Source of the DNA: an uncultured Nitrososphaerales archaeon
Lineage (GTDB): Archaea > Thermoproteota > Nitrososphaeria > Nitrososphaerales > Nitrososphaeraceae
Assembly: GCA_963841565.1 (NCBI GenBank)
Contig: CAWJCY010000009.1
Span: 20,443 to 84,442 of the forward strand
Reading direction: 5' to 3'
DNA length: 64,000 bases
Positions 10,372 through 21,504 of the stretch are shown piece after piece. The position numbers and the translations under genes are program-made. The notes under the pieces were generated by a model. The model was not told the origin of the DNA. It worked only from the letters and a program-made list of their open reading frames with translations, and made no database searches. Numbering within the stretch: the first letter of the stretch is position 1; the number at the start of each line of letters is the position of its first letter.

Positions 10372-11619
10372 TTGGGTCATTCCAATGCCATACAAACAAA
10401 AGCGCTAAAGAACAGAATACATCATGATGCGGAAAGGTTCGATGAAGCTTTTAGAGTTGGAGTAGAGATTGAAGCCTGCCTGATTGACAAGAATGGAATG
10501 CCAGTTAATGCAGAACCATTGATCAAAGAACATCAAGGAACTAGTCATCCTCTTGATTATGAGTATGGCGTATGTCAATTTGAATACAAGACGTCTCCAG
10601 TAGCAATGAGTGACCTTCTATATCTTAATTGTATTTTTGAGGATTTTATAGAACATCTTGGAAAATCCATCGAGAAACTATACAGGAATAATGACGTAAT
10701 TCCAGTCTTCCTTGGAGGTAATCCATCACCTGAGATTATAAAAAGTGTGGATCTAATCACAAATAAACCGCGATACAATAAATTATCAAAATGGCACAAC
10801 AAGATGCCAGACGTGGAAATAGAAGGGCAAATATTTAAAGCGATGCATATTCCGGCTGCGATTCAAGCTTTTCATTTCCACTTACAGGGAAAGAACCCAA
10901 ATTATACCGCCATGATGTTCAATCACATACTAAATATGATTCCATCAGCAATAACACTTGGGGCTAATAGCAGACTTTTTGCTGGTAGAGTATATTCATT
11001 CCATGAACCAAGAATTTACTTGTATGATCAGTCAGAACAACAGAATTCAGGCTTTCCAGCTATTTCAAAATACCTTGGCAGAATTGAAGATTATGTTGAC
11101 TATATTAGTTCCAGAAAACCAAATATCGCAAAAGACTATTTTGAACTCGAAAAGGAAAGACATGAGGATGCACGTATTCGTTTGAACTCAGATTTTTATC
11201 GAGTTGAAACTAGAGTAGTATCGGTACAGCCAACTATTAAAGAACTAATGGCGATGATAGAGTTCTTTATTGGTTATCTGAGCAGAGCAATATACGAAGA
11301 AAGACAGCTGAGACCACTGTCTTCATTAAGAGAAGAAAGATTAGCTGCGGTGCGATCAGGATATCAAGCTGAAACCCATTTTGACATCATTGAGACAATA
11401 AGAGGCCAATTTGATTATGCACGTAAAGGTCTGTCTGATTTAGGTATTAGCGCAGAATTTTTCAATATTTTAGATAGACGGTTACAGAATAAAAGTACTC
11501 CTGGTGATGATGTTGTTAAACTATGGGATGAAAAGTTTAATGGTTCTATTAGGCAGACAATTTTCGAGGTTATTAGCGATATTTGGCAAAGGACAAGAAA
11601 CAACCAACCTATCATGTAA
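10372..11619 (+). CDS. Glutamate-cysteine ligase family 2 (GCS2/YbdK-like) carboxylate-amine ligase
   Basis: GVEIEACLID, EYGVCQFE, FHFHL, LGANS, RVETRV motifs. Confidence 0.8.
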   Translation: MGHSNAIQTKALKNRIHHDAERFDEAFRVGVEIEACLIDKNGMPVNAEPLIKEHQGTSHPLDYEYGVCQFEYKTSPVAMSDLLYLNCIFEDFIEHLGKSIEKLYRNNDVIPVFLGGNPSPEIIKSVDLITNKPRYNKLSKWHNKMPDVEIEGQIFKAMHIPAAIQAFHFHLQGKNPNYTAMMFNHILNMIPSAITLGANSRLFAGRVYSFHEPRIYLYDQSEQQNSGFPAISKYLGRIEDYVDYISSRKPNIAKDYFELEKERHEDARIRLNSDFYRVETRVVSVQPTIKELMAMIEFFIGYLSRAIYEERQLRPLSSLREERLAAVRSGYQAETHFDIIETIRGQFDYARKGLSDLGISAEFFNILDRRLQNKSTPGDDVVKLWDEKFNGSIRQTIFEVISDIWQRTRNNQPIM

Positions 11620-12479
11620 TAGATTGCGATTGACACATTTTTTGTTATAGGAATTCACTGTTTTCTATCTTAATCCTACTATGCGGCTGCTGTATCTTAT
11701 GGGAACCAATATTCAAGATAACTCATTTAAGTTTGTTGAAGACGATTCGATGGATTTCTGTATTCTGTTTAACAGTGAGAATAAACATTGACACCTTCTC
11801 TAACCGCTCTGGATACAGTGAGTAAGTATAACTTGTTTCAGAGCATTAGGATTATTGTTTGTCACCTATATGTAGGGGTTATTGATTTGAATATCGTCAG
11901 ATCATGACGAAGACTTGATATCGACTTAATGCGACTTAATGCAAAAGTTATCTGCTGTTTTCACATTTTCGTGATGTTGAAACATCATTGAGATGGGCGG
12001 TGCCACCCTTGGCGAAGATCCTTACCAGTCAGACCTCGTCGATCCAGATGCAGAGACGGCAAAGAATTTCCGGCGTGATGGAAAATCAGGATTATCATCC
12101 AACTTTCAGCGGATATCATTTTGAATTGACTGAATCGTATTACTGTAGTAAATGACTCAGTCCAAGCGCGTCCTTTAATCTGTCTTGTTCATGTAGAACG
12201 GACGCAGACGGTTATCGACGATCCAAGCTAGCTTAATGCTGACCTTAGAGAAGGAGATAAATGAAAAGCTTGGAGACCTCGCTAGAGGGGTATATAGAGC
12301 AGTAGACTCTTCATTTATATCTACAAAAAAAATATTACATTCGATTATTTTTCCTAGCTCCGTTTTCTTCATTCCATTTCGTTAGCGTAAATAATTCGGT
12401 CGATCCAGATTTCTTTTTTCCTTGACGAAAGATCTGATGCTAGTTCGTAAACTTAATTTACTCCGTAAAATGCTTTGAA

Positions 12480-13163
12480 ATGATGGGATACAATTCTGTT
12501 CTTAAAAACTCCTTTGAAGTATATCACGCCATGAAATGCCTTCGTTCTCTTGGTCTATTTCCACATCATGATAGAGTAAAGTCATGGGATACACTTAAAA
12601 TGATTGATATAATAAAGCAAGCAAACATAAGTGCGTTTGTACTAGATGTGGGATGTAACGGTTCTCCGATTTTGCCTCTGCTGAGGAGACTTGGCTTTAT
12701 GAACCTATATGGATGTGATTTGTTCCTAAAAGAAGAAATATCTGCTGCAATCGAATTGTATAACACATTTGATATTTCGGTTCAAGATCTAGAAAAAACT
12801 GAATTTCAAAACAATACATTTGATTTCGTTACGTCATTATCAGTCATCGAACATGGTATTAATATTCAGAACTATTTCAAAGAAATGAATAGAATAATAA
12901 AAAAAGGTGGATTACTTTTGACATCGACAGACTACTGGCCTGATAAGATAGTCAATCTAGTTAATACGGACGTAAACCCTAAGAATTCGCCTGATAATAT
13001 TTTCAGCAGAAAAGAAATAGAGGAAGACGTAATTAGAATTGCAGAACGGAACGGTTTCCTTCTTACCGAACCAATAGATTTTACACACGAAGAAAAAGTT
13101 ATTCATTGGAATGATACATGCCTTGACTACACTTTCATATTCTTTGCACTAAGAAAGAACTAA
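12480..13163 (+). CDS. Class I SAM-dependent methyltransferase
   Basis: VLDVGC, FDFVTSLSVIEH, IKKGGLL. Confidence 0.85.
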   Translation: MMGYNSVLKNSFEVYHAMKCLRSLGLFPHHDRVKSWDTLKMIDIIKQANISAFVLDVGCNGSPILPLLRRLGFMNLYGCDLFLKEEISAAIELYNTFDISVQDLEKTEFQNNTFDFVTSLSVIEHGINIQNYFKEMNRIIKKGGLLLTSTDYWPDKIVNLVNTDVNPKNSPDNIFSRKEIEEDVIRIAERNGFLLTEPIDFTHEEKVIHWNDTCLDYTFIFFALRKN

Positions 13164-14043
13164 CTGGTACGTATAAAGCCTGTTACAATTTCTTGGCAGT
13201 GGAACAAGGCAGTCGTTTAAAAGAATCGTGCGGACAGAGCACCGCAGACAGATACAATAACAATATTGTCATGACTAATAAGGGGAGTACGTTAAAAAAG
13301 GTATTCTGGAGATTCGCTGTAAAGTCGTTCTAGAACTTTGTGAGAACTAAATTTATTATTCTTTCCTTGTTCTCCTTTTCCACCTCCAGATCAATAAGAG
13401 TAAAGACTATTATTGATGGTGTTGCGACTTCACACGTTCAATCCTTCCAGCAGGTCAATAATTGCGAAACAGTAAAGGATAGCAGGAAGCATTACATGGT
13501 TTCTATTTTATCTTAAGCTCTCAGTAAACAACGAAGCTTATAATTTTCAAGTGAAGGCTCACTTGTGATCGGAAGAATATGTGTAGAAAAGTGTTGTCAC
13601 CCAACTATAGGCATATTTCTCAATTGACACCAATCAACGGCTTTAGTGACGAAAGGAAGCATGAACCACAACTAGCAAACGGTTTGAACGTTCGGCATGA
13701 CTACTCAAACAATAATATGAGAAATGGAAAGCCATCTCTAATTAGATAAATTAGCGATTCAATAGCCTTGACACATTATGAGAGCATCAAAAGAAATATC
13801 ATAATATGTGAAAAGAGAGATTTCTCAAATTTACTTTATCTCGACCTACCGTTTGATCTTTATAATAACGGTATTCTGTAATGTGCATTGTCTGTTCTGT
13901 ATTTCACAAAGTGTCTCAATTTGCATTTCTGAAACTTTCAAGCCTTATGAACAAAATTTACGACCACGCTGCGTTAGTTTATAAGAGGTTGTTTACTGAC
14001 TAATTTCAGGTTATTATTATTGAAACGAAGAAATAATTTTTCG

Positions 14044-14172
14044 ATGGGCAGTAAATGTGAATGCATGTGTCATACCAAGGGCAATATTCAAGATTTTTGT
14101 GGTTATTGTGCATCATCCCATACACTTAGGACTTCCAAAAGATCAGCTGCAACGACCGTGACTAAGACGTAG
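14044..14172 (+). CDS. CxCxCH / CxxCxxxH metal-binding microprotein (42 aa)
   Basis: MGSKCECMCHTKGNIQDFCGYCASSHTLRTSKRSAATTVTKT*; T-rich tract after the stop. Confidence 0.65.
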   Translation: MGSKCECMCHTKGNIQDFCGYCASSHTLRTSKRSAATTVTKT

Positions 14173-14393
14173 TTTCTGCTCTTTTCAATTCAATCTCATC
14201 TAACCTTCCTTATCCTTTTTCTACTAAAATATATAAAGAGACCAAATTGAAATGATCTCCTTTTTGTAATACACTACGATTGAATCTACAATACAATAAG
14301 TTTGGAAGATTATCCACACCTTTAAACCTGTGACGACCAGTCAAATAACTCTCTGAATTAAACTATTATATACTTTTTTGAGCAACTTTTGCT

Positions 14394-14687
14394 ATGTTAG
14401 ATCATAAGGACATTGCTTTTACCGCTCATGATTGCAAGGGTCAAGGGCAAAATATCAAGAATGCCTTTGATTCTAGTTATTATGCCTCTCATCGGATTCC
14501 AGTTATACTAGAATCGAGAGAAATTGGCAAAGTGTTTGCCGATGTTAATGATAATCTAGTTGTGATTGCAGGTGAAAACAAAAAGGAACACGAATATTTA
14601 ATCCCCAAGTCCAAAGTGAGTCACTACGATGAGAAACAGGTTTGTGTTAGTATTACAGATAACTCTTTGAAGGAATTTGAGATTTAG
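14394..14687 (+). CDS. PRC-barrel/DUF2171-like small protein
   Basis: IGKVFADVNDNLVVIAG....HEYLIPKSKVSHYDEKQVCVSIT; similar to 6015-6398. Confidence 0.6.
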   Translation: MLDHKDIAFTAHDCKGQGQNIKNAFDSSYYASHRIPVILESREIGKVFADVNDNLVVIAGENKKEHEYLIPKSKVSHYDEKQVCVSITDNSLKEFEI

Positions 14688-15454
14688 ATGGGAATTATAC
14701 TAGTGAACATGCGCAAAATTATCTGAAGGGCAACCAATGGGCCTACATTGGCTGGCCTTACCACAGATTCAAAAATTAGACACTATCCTCTTCTTACATC
14801 AGTGTACTCAACGAGATTCTTCCTATCGCCTACATGCTAAATCTTGCTCAACATAGTATATAAATTGAGGCAAACAATGGTATTTGCCCCCATTCAAAAC
14901 CAGTCAGCGAAAGCCACTGAATAATTCACCGCGATATACAGCAGCTTGCAACGTTATCAAGACAAAAAAATATTCACCATACATGATCAATCCTTATGTG
15001 GAGGGTTCGCAAAGCTCTGTACTAGTTTAAGAAACTTCTCCATTATTACCTCGTCATTTCTCATGTATTCAACAAATACGGGAGCGGATTAGATAGTTTT
15101 ACAGCAATGGGATTGCCTGGGCATAAAGAGACTATCACTAAAGTTAATTTCAATTGGTATTAAAATAAGAGTTGAAAAAGGAACTTTAGTAAGGATATTA
15201 TAATAATAATAGCAATTATAATCAGTATTACGTAAATGAAGGATCCCAGCAATTCTATCTTCAACTTAATTGCTAGGAACCTATTTCACCATTATACGAA
15301 GCCAAAGATAAAATCATTAGGCTAACTAGACACTAGGAAAACCAAAGGGTGCAGTAGGAAATTGTATACTGCAATACACTTATTTCCTTATCACGGCTGA
15401 GCGTCTCATACATGCTGAATATAATTATATAGTTTGCTACATATAATAAATTAT

Positions 15455-15592
15455 ATGAGTGATAGATCAGACGAGGGTCAGAATACTGAAGAGAGCGACA
15501 CTAACTTAGATGCATACTACTCTTGTGAAGATTGTGGTCAGGAATTTAAGTCGAGTCAAGAATTAAAAGAACACGAGAGTAACCAACATTGA
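15455..15592 (+). CDS. Single C2H2 zinc-finger microprotein with acidic N-terminus (45 aa)
   Basis: MSDRSDEGQNTEESDTNLDAYYSCEDCGQEFKSSQELKEHESNQH*; TTATATAG at 15425-15432. Confidence 0.85.
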   Translation: MSDRSDEGQNTEESDTNLDAYYSCEDCGQEFKSSQELKEHESNQH

Positions 15593-15753
15593 TTTTGATG
15601 TTTGGAGAATGTTGGATAACCTTACAATAGGTAGCGCAGTTCGCAAGTGTGATTCTATCGGTTGGACTCACAAATTCAGATAGCTATACCATCTTCTGCC
15701 CATCAATGAAGTGTGAATTGCATGGTATTACTTATGACCGTAATTTTATGTAG

Positions 15754-16719
15754 TTGATAAGACAATTTAATCAAGTCGGTCTTTATACGATAATTCAAAA
15801 ATTGAAATTTAACGTAATAAAACCCATTAGCTCTGGATCATTTGGTACAATATATGAAGTATTGGTAGAGCATGAGGAAGATGGCGTTACTACTAGCACT
15901 ACTAAATGTGTACTGAAAGAACTCACCCGAATTGACAACCTTAGTAGGGAGCGTTTTGAGAGAGAGATTAAGATATTGCCAGAGCTTAACCATCCTAATA
16001 TAGTAAATATTCTTTACTGGAATATAGGCGGCAATCCTCCTAAATTTCTACCATACTACATTATGGAATATTTGAAAGGAGGATCACTACGAAAATATAT
16101 GGATGAGAAATTCAACGCAAACAAGAATTTTGTCTTCGAACCAACTTGGGCAATAAGCAAGATTATACTCCCCATCAGTAGTGCATTGGCACAGGCACAT
16201 AGCTTTAATGTATACCATAGGGACCTCAAGCCTGACAACATTATTTTTACTGACGATACCAAGTCAAGTATAAAAGTAGCAGACTGGGGTCTTGTAAAAG
16301 GCGATTCAATTGACAAAGAATCCTTACAACTTACCACCGTTACATCAGAAGGACAGATTGGCGGGACACCCGGTTACTGTTCGCCTGAACAGTGGTTTGC
16401 ATATAATAAAGATGAGATAGATGGGCGAACTGACATCTATTCTTTAGGAATACTATTTTACGAAGTTTTAACTAGAAAGCGGCCGTCTCCGTATGATTCA
16501 AATGACCCCTCTACCTTAGAAAAGAACCAGAGGCAGTCACCACTTCCCACGTCTAGGCGTCTTATATCAAAACGAACAAGAGTTGATCCACCATCCAACT
16601 TCAATTCGAATGTAACAGCGCAGTTGGATGCTTGCATTCTTAAGATGATTGAAGTAGATCCTGAAAAGAGACAAAATTCAGTATGGGACTTAATAACAGA
16701 CCTCGACCTATTGAGATAA
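15754..16719 (+). CDS. Hanks-type serine/threonine protein kinase
   Basis: SGSFGTIY, VLK, RFEREI, HRDLKPDN, DWG (for DFG), GTPGYCSPEQ, DIYSLG. Confidence 0.92.
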   Translation: MIRQFNQVGLYTIIQKLKFNVIKPISSGSFGTIYEVLVEHEEDGVTTSTTKCVLKELTRIDNLSRERFEREIKILPELNHPNIVNILYWNIGGNPPKFLPYYIMEYLKGGSLRKYMDEKFNANKNFVFEPTWAISKIILPISSALAQAHSFNVYHRDLKPDNIIFTDDTKSSIKVADWGLVKGDSIDKESLQLTTVTSEGQIGGTPGYCSPEQWFAYNKDEIDGRTDIYSLGILFYEVLTRKRPSPYDSNDPSTLEKNQRQSPLPTSRRLISKRTRVDPPSNFNSNVTAQLDACILKMIEVDPEKRQNSVWDLITDLDLLR

Positions 16720-16903
16720 TCATCATACATCAACTCTTCACTGATAATTAATTGGTTCCGATGGACCAACAAGCAAAATAAAAGAGAAAATCAATCCCAA
16801 CAAGATTACTGCATCAATAAGGATCAAAGCTCTAAGGATGACAATTAGCCCAACTTGAAAGAACTTTGTACCTGTCTTTACACAATGGAGCTTATAAGAT
16901 AGT

Positions 16904-17410
16904 TTATTTCCTGAGTCTATAGAAGATGTAAACAGACGCAAACGGCACCACCGAAAGAATGTATGCCCAGTATTCAATTGCTGGAGAATCAAATGCTAAA
17001 TGTAGTCCAAACTTGAGTCCTAACAGTAATCCTAAGTATAATGTAATAAAGAGCGGTGCGGTTCCAAAAACAATGAATCTGTGGCTTCTGAGTTTGAATT
17101 TTTCAATGTTACGATAGGGATATTGGAGATGATGGTAAAAAACTGGCATAGATAGAAAAGAAATGGCAAATGTAATCGTAAACAGAGCAATCATAAGAAT
17201 TATACCATCTTCGAACGAGAAATCACTTGGCCTATTTATCGAAATATTAAGCAGGAATGCGAACAAAAACCCGGACACAGTTGTAAGAAGTGCGCTTTCT
17301 TTTAAGATAGTATCATAGTCTTTGGAAATGTCTCCATTGACTCCATATTTTTCTTGAGGATCTGAATTGTTTTTTCCCTCGCTATTGCTATTAGTACTAT
17401 GATCACCCAT
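16904..17410 (-). CDS. Small multi-pass membrane protein (DUF6328-like)
   Basis: LLTTVSGFLFAFLL...MPVFYHH pattern; about four hydrophobic helices. Confidence 0.65.
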   Translation of the reverse strand: MGDHSTNSNSEGKNNSDPQEKYGVNGDISKDYDTILKESALLTTVSGFLFAFLLNISINRPSDFSFEDGIILMIALFTITFAISFLSMPVFYHHLQYPYRNIEKFKLRSHRFIVFGTAPLFITLYLGLLLGLKFGLHLAFDSPAIEYWAYILSVVPFASVYIFYRLRK

Positions 17411-17718
17411 GTGATTAATTAGGTGCTCGAACAGTATAAGAAGGTTATATCTTCGTGCGTATTCGTATTTAGATAAAAATATTGCCTAACTATCAGGAAT
17501 GACGCATCAAATATTTCAGTTAGATTGATCTTGAAAATGCTTGGCAAATTTATTTTGTGCTACACTATGAAATATCGCAAAATACTACCCGTAGTATACC
17601 TGTCCTACTCTCACAACAGATTATCATGAATTTCAAATTAGGATCAAAGTCCATTAGTAAGGTCCTGGGAACCCGTACTTTATTGAACTAGTCCAAAGTT
17701 ATTTGCATATCCAAGAAT

Positions 17719-18578
17719 ATGAAATACTTAAAGGTAGTTTCAAACCAAACCAAATCCACAAAAACAATGGATGAAAAATGTAAGAGCAAAATCATAAGAG
17801 TCATTTCACAATTTATCAACTCGGAAGTGAGTACAAGAAAATCAAAAGGTGTCGTAATCGGTTTGAGTGGAGGGGTTGATTCTTCAGTAGCTGCTCGCTT
17901 GGCAGTCAACGCTCTTGGAGCGAAGAAAGTATTCGGCCTTATTCTCCCGGATTCCTCAGTAACGCCTCAGAATGATATCACAGACGCGGAGAAGCTTGCA
18001 AAGAAACTAGGAATCAAATATAAAATTATAGAAGTTGGAAAGACAAAGGATCAGTTTCTTAGAAACTTTCCAAGAAATAAGTTAGCAAGGGCTAATTTTT
18101 TAGTTAGACTAAGAATGTCTATTTTGTACTATTACGCAGCTGTAATGAATAGGCTTGTTCTAGGTACTGGCGACAAGAGTGAGCTTAGACTAGGTTATTT
18201 TACTAAGTATGGTGACGCCGCTGTCGATCTAATGCCGATTGGTGACCTTTATAAGACTGAAGTGCGAGAGCTCGCAGAATTCTTGCAAATTCCTTTAACG
18301 ATTGCAACGAAGAAGAGTAGCGCAAGGCTGTGGAGAGGCCAGACGACAGAAGGTGAAATTGGATTGGCATATGAGAAAATTGATTCTATACTTAAGCAGC
18401 TCGACAATTCTGGTCGAGGAAAAAAAATACAAGTAATCAGATCTTTTCAGATGTTCATTCCATTACTAATATAAAATACAAACTAGGGAACAGGCAGAGA
18501 GATGTACGACGAGTATTAAATCTAATTGACAAAAGTGAGCATAAACTTACCCTTCCTCCCATTTGTCGAATCAGGTGA
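17719..18578 (+). CDS. nadE: NH3-dependent NAD+ synthetase; frameshift in an A8 run at 18420-18427
   Basis: GLSGGVDS, RLRM, GYFTKYGD, DLYKTEV; the conserved C-terminus ..LIDKSEHKLTLPPICRIR* lies in the shifted frame. Confidence 0.9.
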
Positions 18579-18622
18579 ACAACCAGTTAATATATATCAA
18601 ATCCATACTAAGCGTACCCTAA

Positions 18623-19219
18623 ATGCGTATATTGATAGCTGAAGATGATCTTGATATTGCAAAGCTGTACAAGAAAGCCTTAGAGAAAAATAAACATGAA
18701 GTAGTCCTTACATCAAATGGTTCAGATTGTTTTAAGAACTATCTTACTACTCTGAAAAATATGGCATCAGAATCAAAACACCAAAGTAAGGCAGATGCAG
18801 CTAAAACAAATATTGACTCGCTTCGAAATTCAAAAACTAAATTTAGAGAAGTTGCCAATTCGAATACTTCTCCTTATGACGTCGTTATCTTAGACTATAG
18901 AATGCCAGGCGTGAATGGTATGGAAGTAGCCAAAGAAATACTGAATGCAGATCCTAACCAACGAATAATCTTTGCGTCTGCGTACGTAAAGGAAACACTA
19001 GAAAACTCTGTAAAAGAACTTAAGCAGGTGGTCGAGTTGTTGCAAAAGCCCTTCGCATTGAAACAACTCACCGACACAGTAGAGGATACTCTAGCTTTTG
19101 AAGAATTAAAAGAACTTAATGTGGATGTTGACAGAATCAAGGGGGCGGATTTAACACACACGCAGATTTTCGACCTCCTGTCTAAGTTAAGGAGAATACA
19201 GAAGAATAGAACATTTTAA
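18623..19219 (+). CDS. Response regulator receiver protein with internal insertion and C-terminal extension
   Basis: ILIAEDD, ILDYRMPGVNG, FASA, QKPF. Confidence 0.9.
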   Translation: MRILIAEDDLDIAKLYKKALEKNKHEVVLTSNGSDCFKNYLTTLKNMASESKHQSKADAAKTNIDSLRNSKTKFREVANSNTSPYDVVILDYRMPGVNGMEVAKEILNADPNQRIIFASAYVKETLENSVKELKQVVELLQKPFALKQLTDTVEDTLAFEELKELNVDVDRIKGADLTHTQIFDLLSKLRRIQKNRTF

Positions 19220-19641
19220 TTCTCTAACTACGTGGGAAAAAAAGTACACATGATGTAAGCAATTTTCATAAGGGGCGGTTAGATCTGGGATTAAAGATTT
19301 CAGAAACAAATCATAGAATGGCAAGGGAGCGCTTCAGTCTTAGGGAATCGTCAGTGTGCTGCATTCAACGAGTTTGTTAATTTCCCCTGATGGCGCACGA
19401 TCAAAAGAAGCACTATTATAACGACACTCAATCCGTTTTTTATTGGAAATGTTGCTGAACCTAAATTTTTAAACAAAGAATGCCGACCGACATGGAAATA
19501 AGATGTAATTCTCTGTCCGGTTACCTATATTTTTGTTGTAAATCGACTAAAACCTAAAATACTCTTAATGCACAAAATTAACACCGTGATAATTTTGATG
19601 GCATTCAATACCAGATTTGTTAGCTGTTCACCCAAGATCGA

Positions 19642-20220
19642 TTGTCGAAGTGGAAAAGTGACTGTATAACTATGAACTACAATTCTCTGTCCTGTTATCT
19701 GTCTTCAATTTTACCAAATCGAGATCCATATTCATATCGATTTCCCCTCACAAATGATGACTTCAAGAAGAACATTAGTGCGCAGGCTACCCCCAATGGT
19801 AGAGCTTATACTCCATCCACGCCGACCATCCCGACTTCTAATATTAATAATAAAAGAATTCTAATCGTAGACGATGATCACGACATCGCCACGTTCTTTA
19901 AGTTGGCTTTGGATCGTGTTGGATTTATTACCGAGATTTCCAATAATCCGCTATCAGCTTTGACCAACTTCAAGAAAGGGGCCTACGATTTGTTATTATT
20001 GGATATTAATATGCCACAGATGACCGGTTTTGAACTGTATAAAAAGATAAGCCAAATAGATAGTGAAGTCAAGGTATGTTTCATTACCGCATTTGAAGAA
20101 TATTATAGTGAATTCAAAAGCGAATTTCCCAATCTAGACGAATTGAAATGCTACATTAAGAAGCCGGTAGGTATGGACCATTTGATTAACGCTGTAAAAT
20201 CACGACTAGATTGCAACTAA
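19642..20220 (+). CDS. Response regulator receiver protein (start uncertain)
   Basis: ILIVDDD, LLDINMPQMTG, FITA, KKP. Confidence 0.88.
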   Translation: MSKWKSDCITMNYNSLSCYLSSILPNRDPYSYRFPLTNDDFKKNISAQATPNGRAYTPSTPTIPTSNINNKRILIVDDDHDIATFFKLALDRVGFITEISNNPLSALTNFKKGAYDLLLLDINMPQMTGFELYKKISQIDSEVKVCFITAFEEYYSEFKSEFPNLDELKCYIKKPVGMDHLINAVKSRLDCN

Positions 20221-21504
20221 ATCAAAAGTGAGTTTTCTTCTTTTGGATAGTTGGAACAATTTCGTGATAACAGTACAGTGTACTGTTCAGCAATTTGTTT
20301 CCAAGTCGGAAAGGTTCTTCCAAAACGTAACGCCTCCTGTTCTTGCAGATAACGTTCATGAGGATTTATGAGTAATCTGATTACATTATTTGCAAAATCA
20401 GATACCTTGTCACAAATACATAATGCTTGGTTATTGAAATTGAGACCCTGTGCCCCAATCGAAGTGCTAACTATAGCTTTTCCAGCTTTTAACGCTTCCA
20501 AAATCTTCACTTTAATTCCTCCTCCTATTCTAAGGGGACACACCACAACTTCAGCGGCATTATAGAACGGAGTAAGTGATTCTACGTAACCGGTAACTTT
20601 GATATGTGGGGATATATTCTTATTACTATTCATTAAGGCGAAGACTTGGGGTGGTGGGGAATTGCCAACTAGAAATAGTACCTGAATTAGGAACCCTGTT
20701 GAGAATCAGAGGGAAGATGGAATTGGAAAAGTATAGTGCGGCGTCAACGTTTGGTTCGTACGCAAAATTGCATACAAAGAGAACAGATGGATATTTGCCA
20801 TCTCGGGTATCCAAGTATTTTCTACTTACAGGTGTATCCCATCTTCCGGCCGAATGTAGCTTAAATATATTTGGTTCATGGTCGATCCCGTTTGGGATCA
20901 TCTGGACGTCAACTTTGGGTTCTACGCGCATTATCGTTATTTTGTCTTCGGCGCTAAGAGTAACTACTTTTGTAGCTCGTCTCCAATAAGTACGCTCCCA
21001 CAGGAAAGTAAAATAATATTCGCGCCAGCTAGAAAGAAACTCCTCAGAGGATCTCGACAAAAACATTCTTTGCAAATCAAGTGAGTATTCAATATTATGT
21101 TCGACAAGCACAATGGGGAGAGCAATATCCATTGGCAGTAGCTGCATAACATAATAACCTTCAAGGTGCACTACATCAAAGTGTCGATCCCTGAGGAGTT
21201 GAGAGATTCTGTGCACACCCTCCTCTGAATAGTATCTATTCATCAACCATGGACGTCCTCGAGTATGCCCATTTAGCCGCGTCGAGTTAGATATCCTAAA
21301 TAGGCTAATGCTCGCACAATACGGCTCTAAATACCTTGAGTTTAACTTTTCTATTTCTGGTTCAAAAGTCAAAGAGCATAAATGTATTCTGAAATATTTT
21401 CCAAGCCTCGAAATTAACTCAAATTCTCTTCTACGACCCCCACTGGCAGGTGGATACGGCAAATGAGCAGTTAGAAATAGTACTTCCATTTGGGGCAAGC
21501 CCAT
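20217..21504 (-). pseudogene. GT4 glycosyltransferase, frameshifted near 20680
   Basis: PYPPASGG, EHNIE, PNGID, YEPNVDA; shifted frame gives VLFLVGNSPP...PLRIGGGIKVKILEALKAGKAIVST. Confidence 0.85.

Noticed and set aside
11700-12400. GC-richer, protein-like stretch between the GCS2 and methyltransferase genes
   Set aside because: No continuous frame or recognisable motif; may be a gene relic but cannot be assigned
13880-14010. Minus-strand fragment SYKLTQRGRKF resembling a wHTH wing
   Set aside because: Too short and surrounded by stops to support a call
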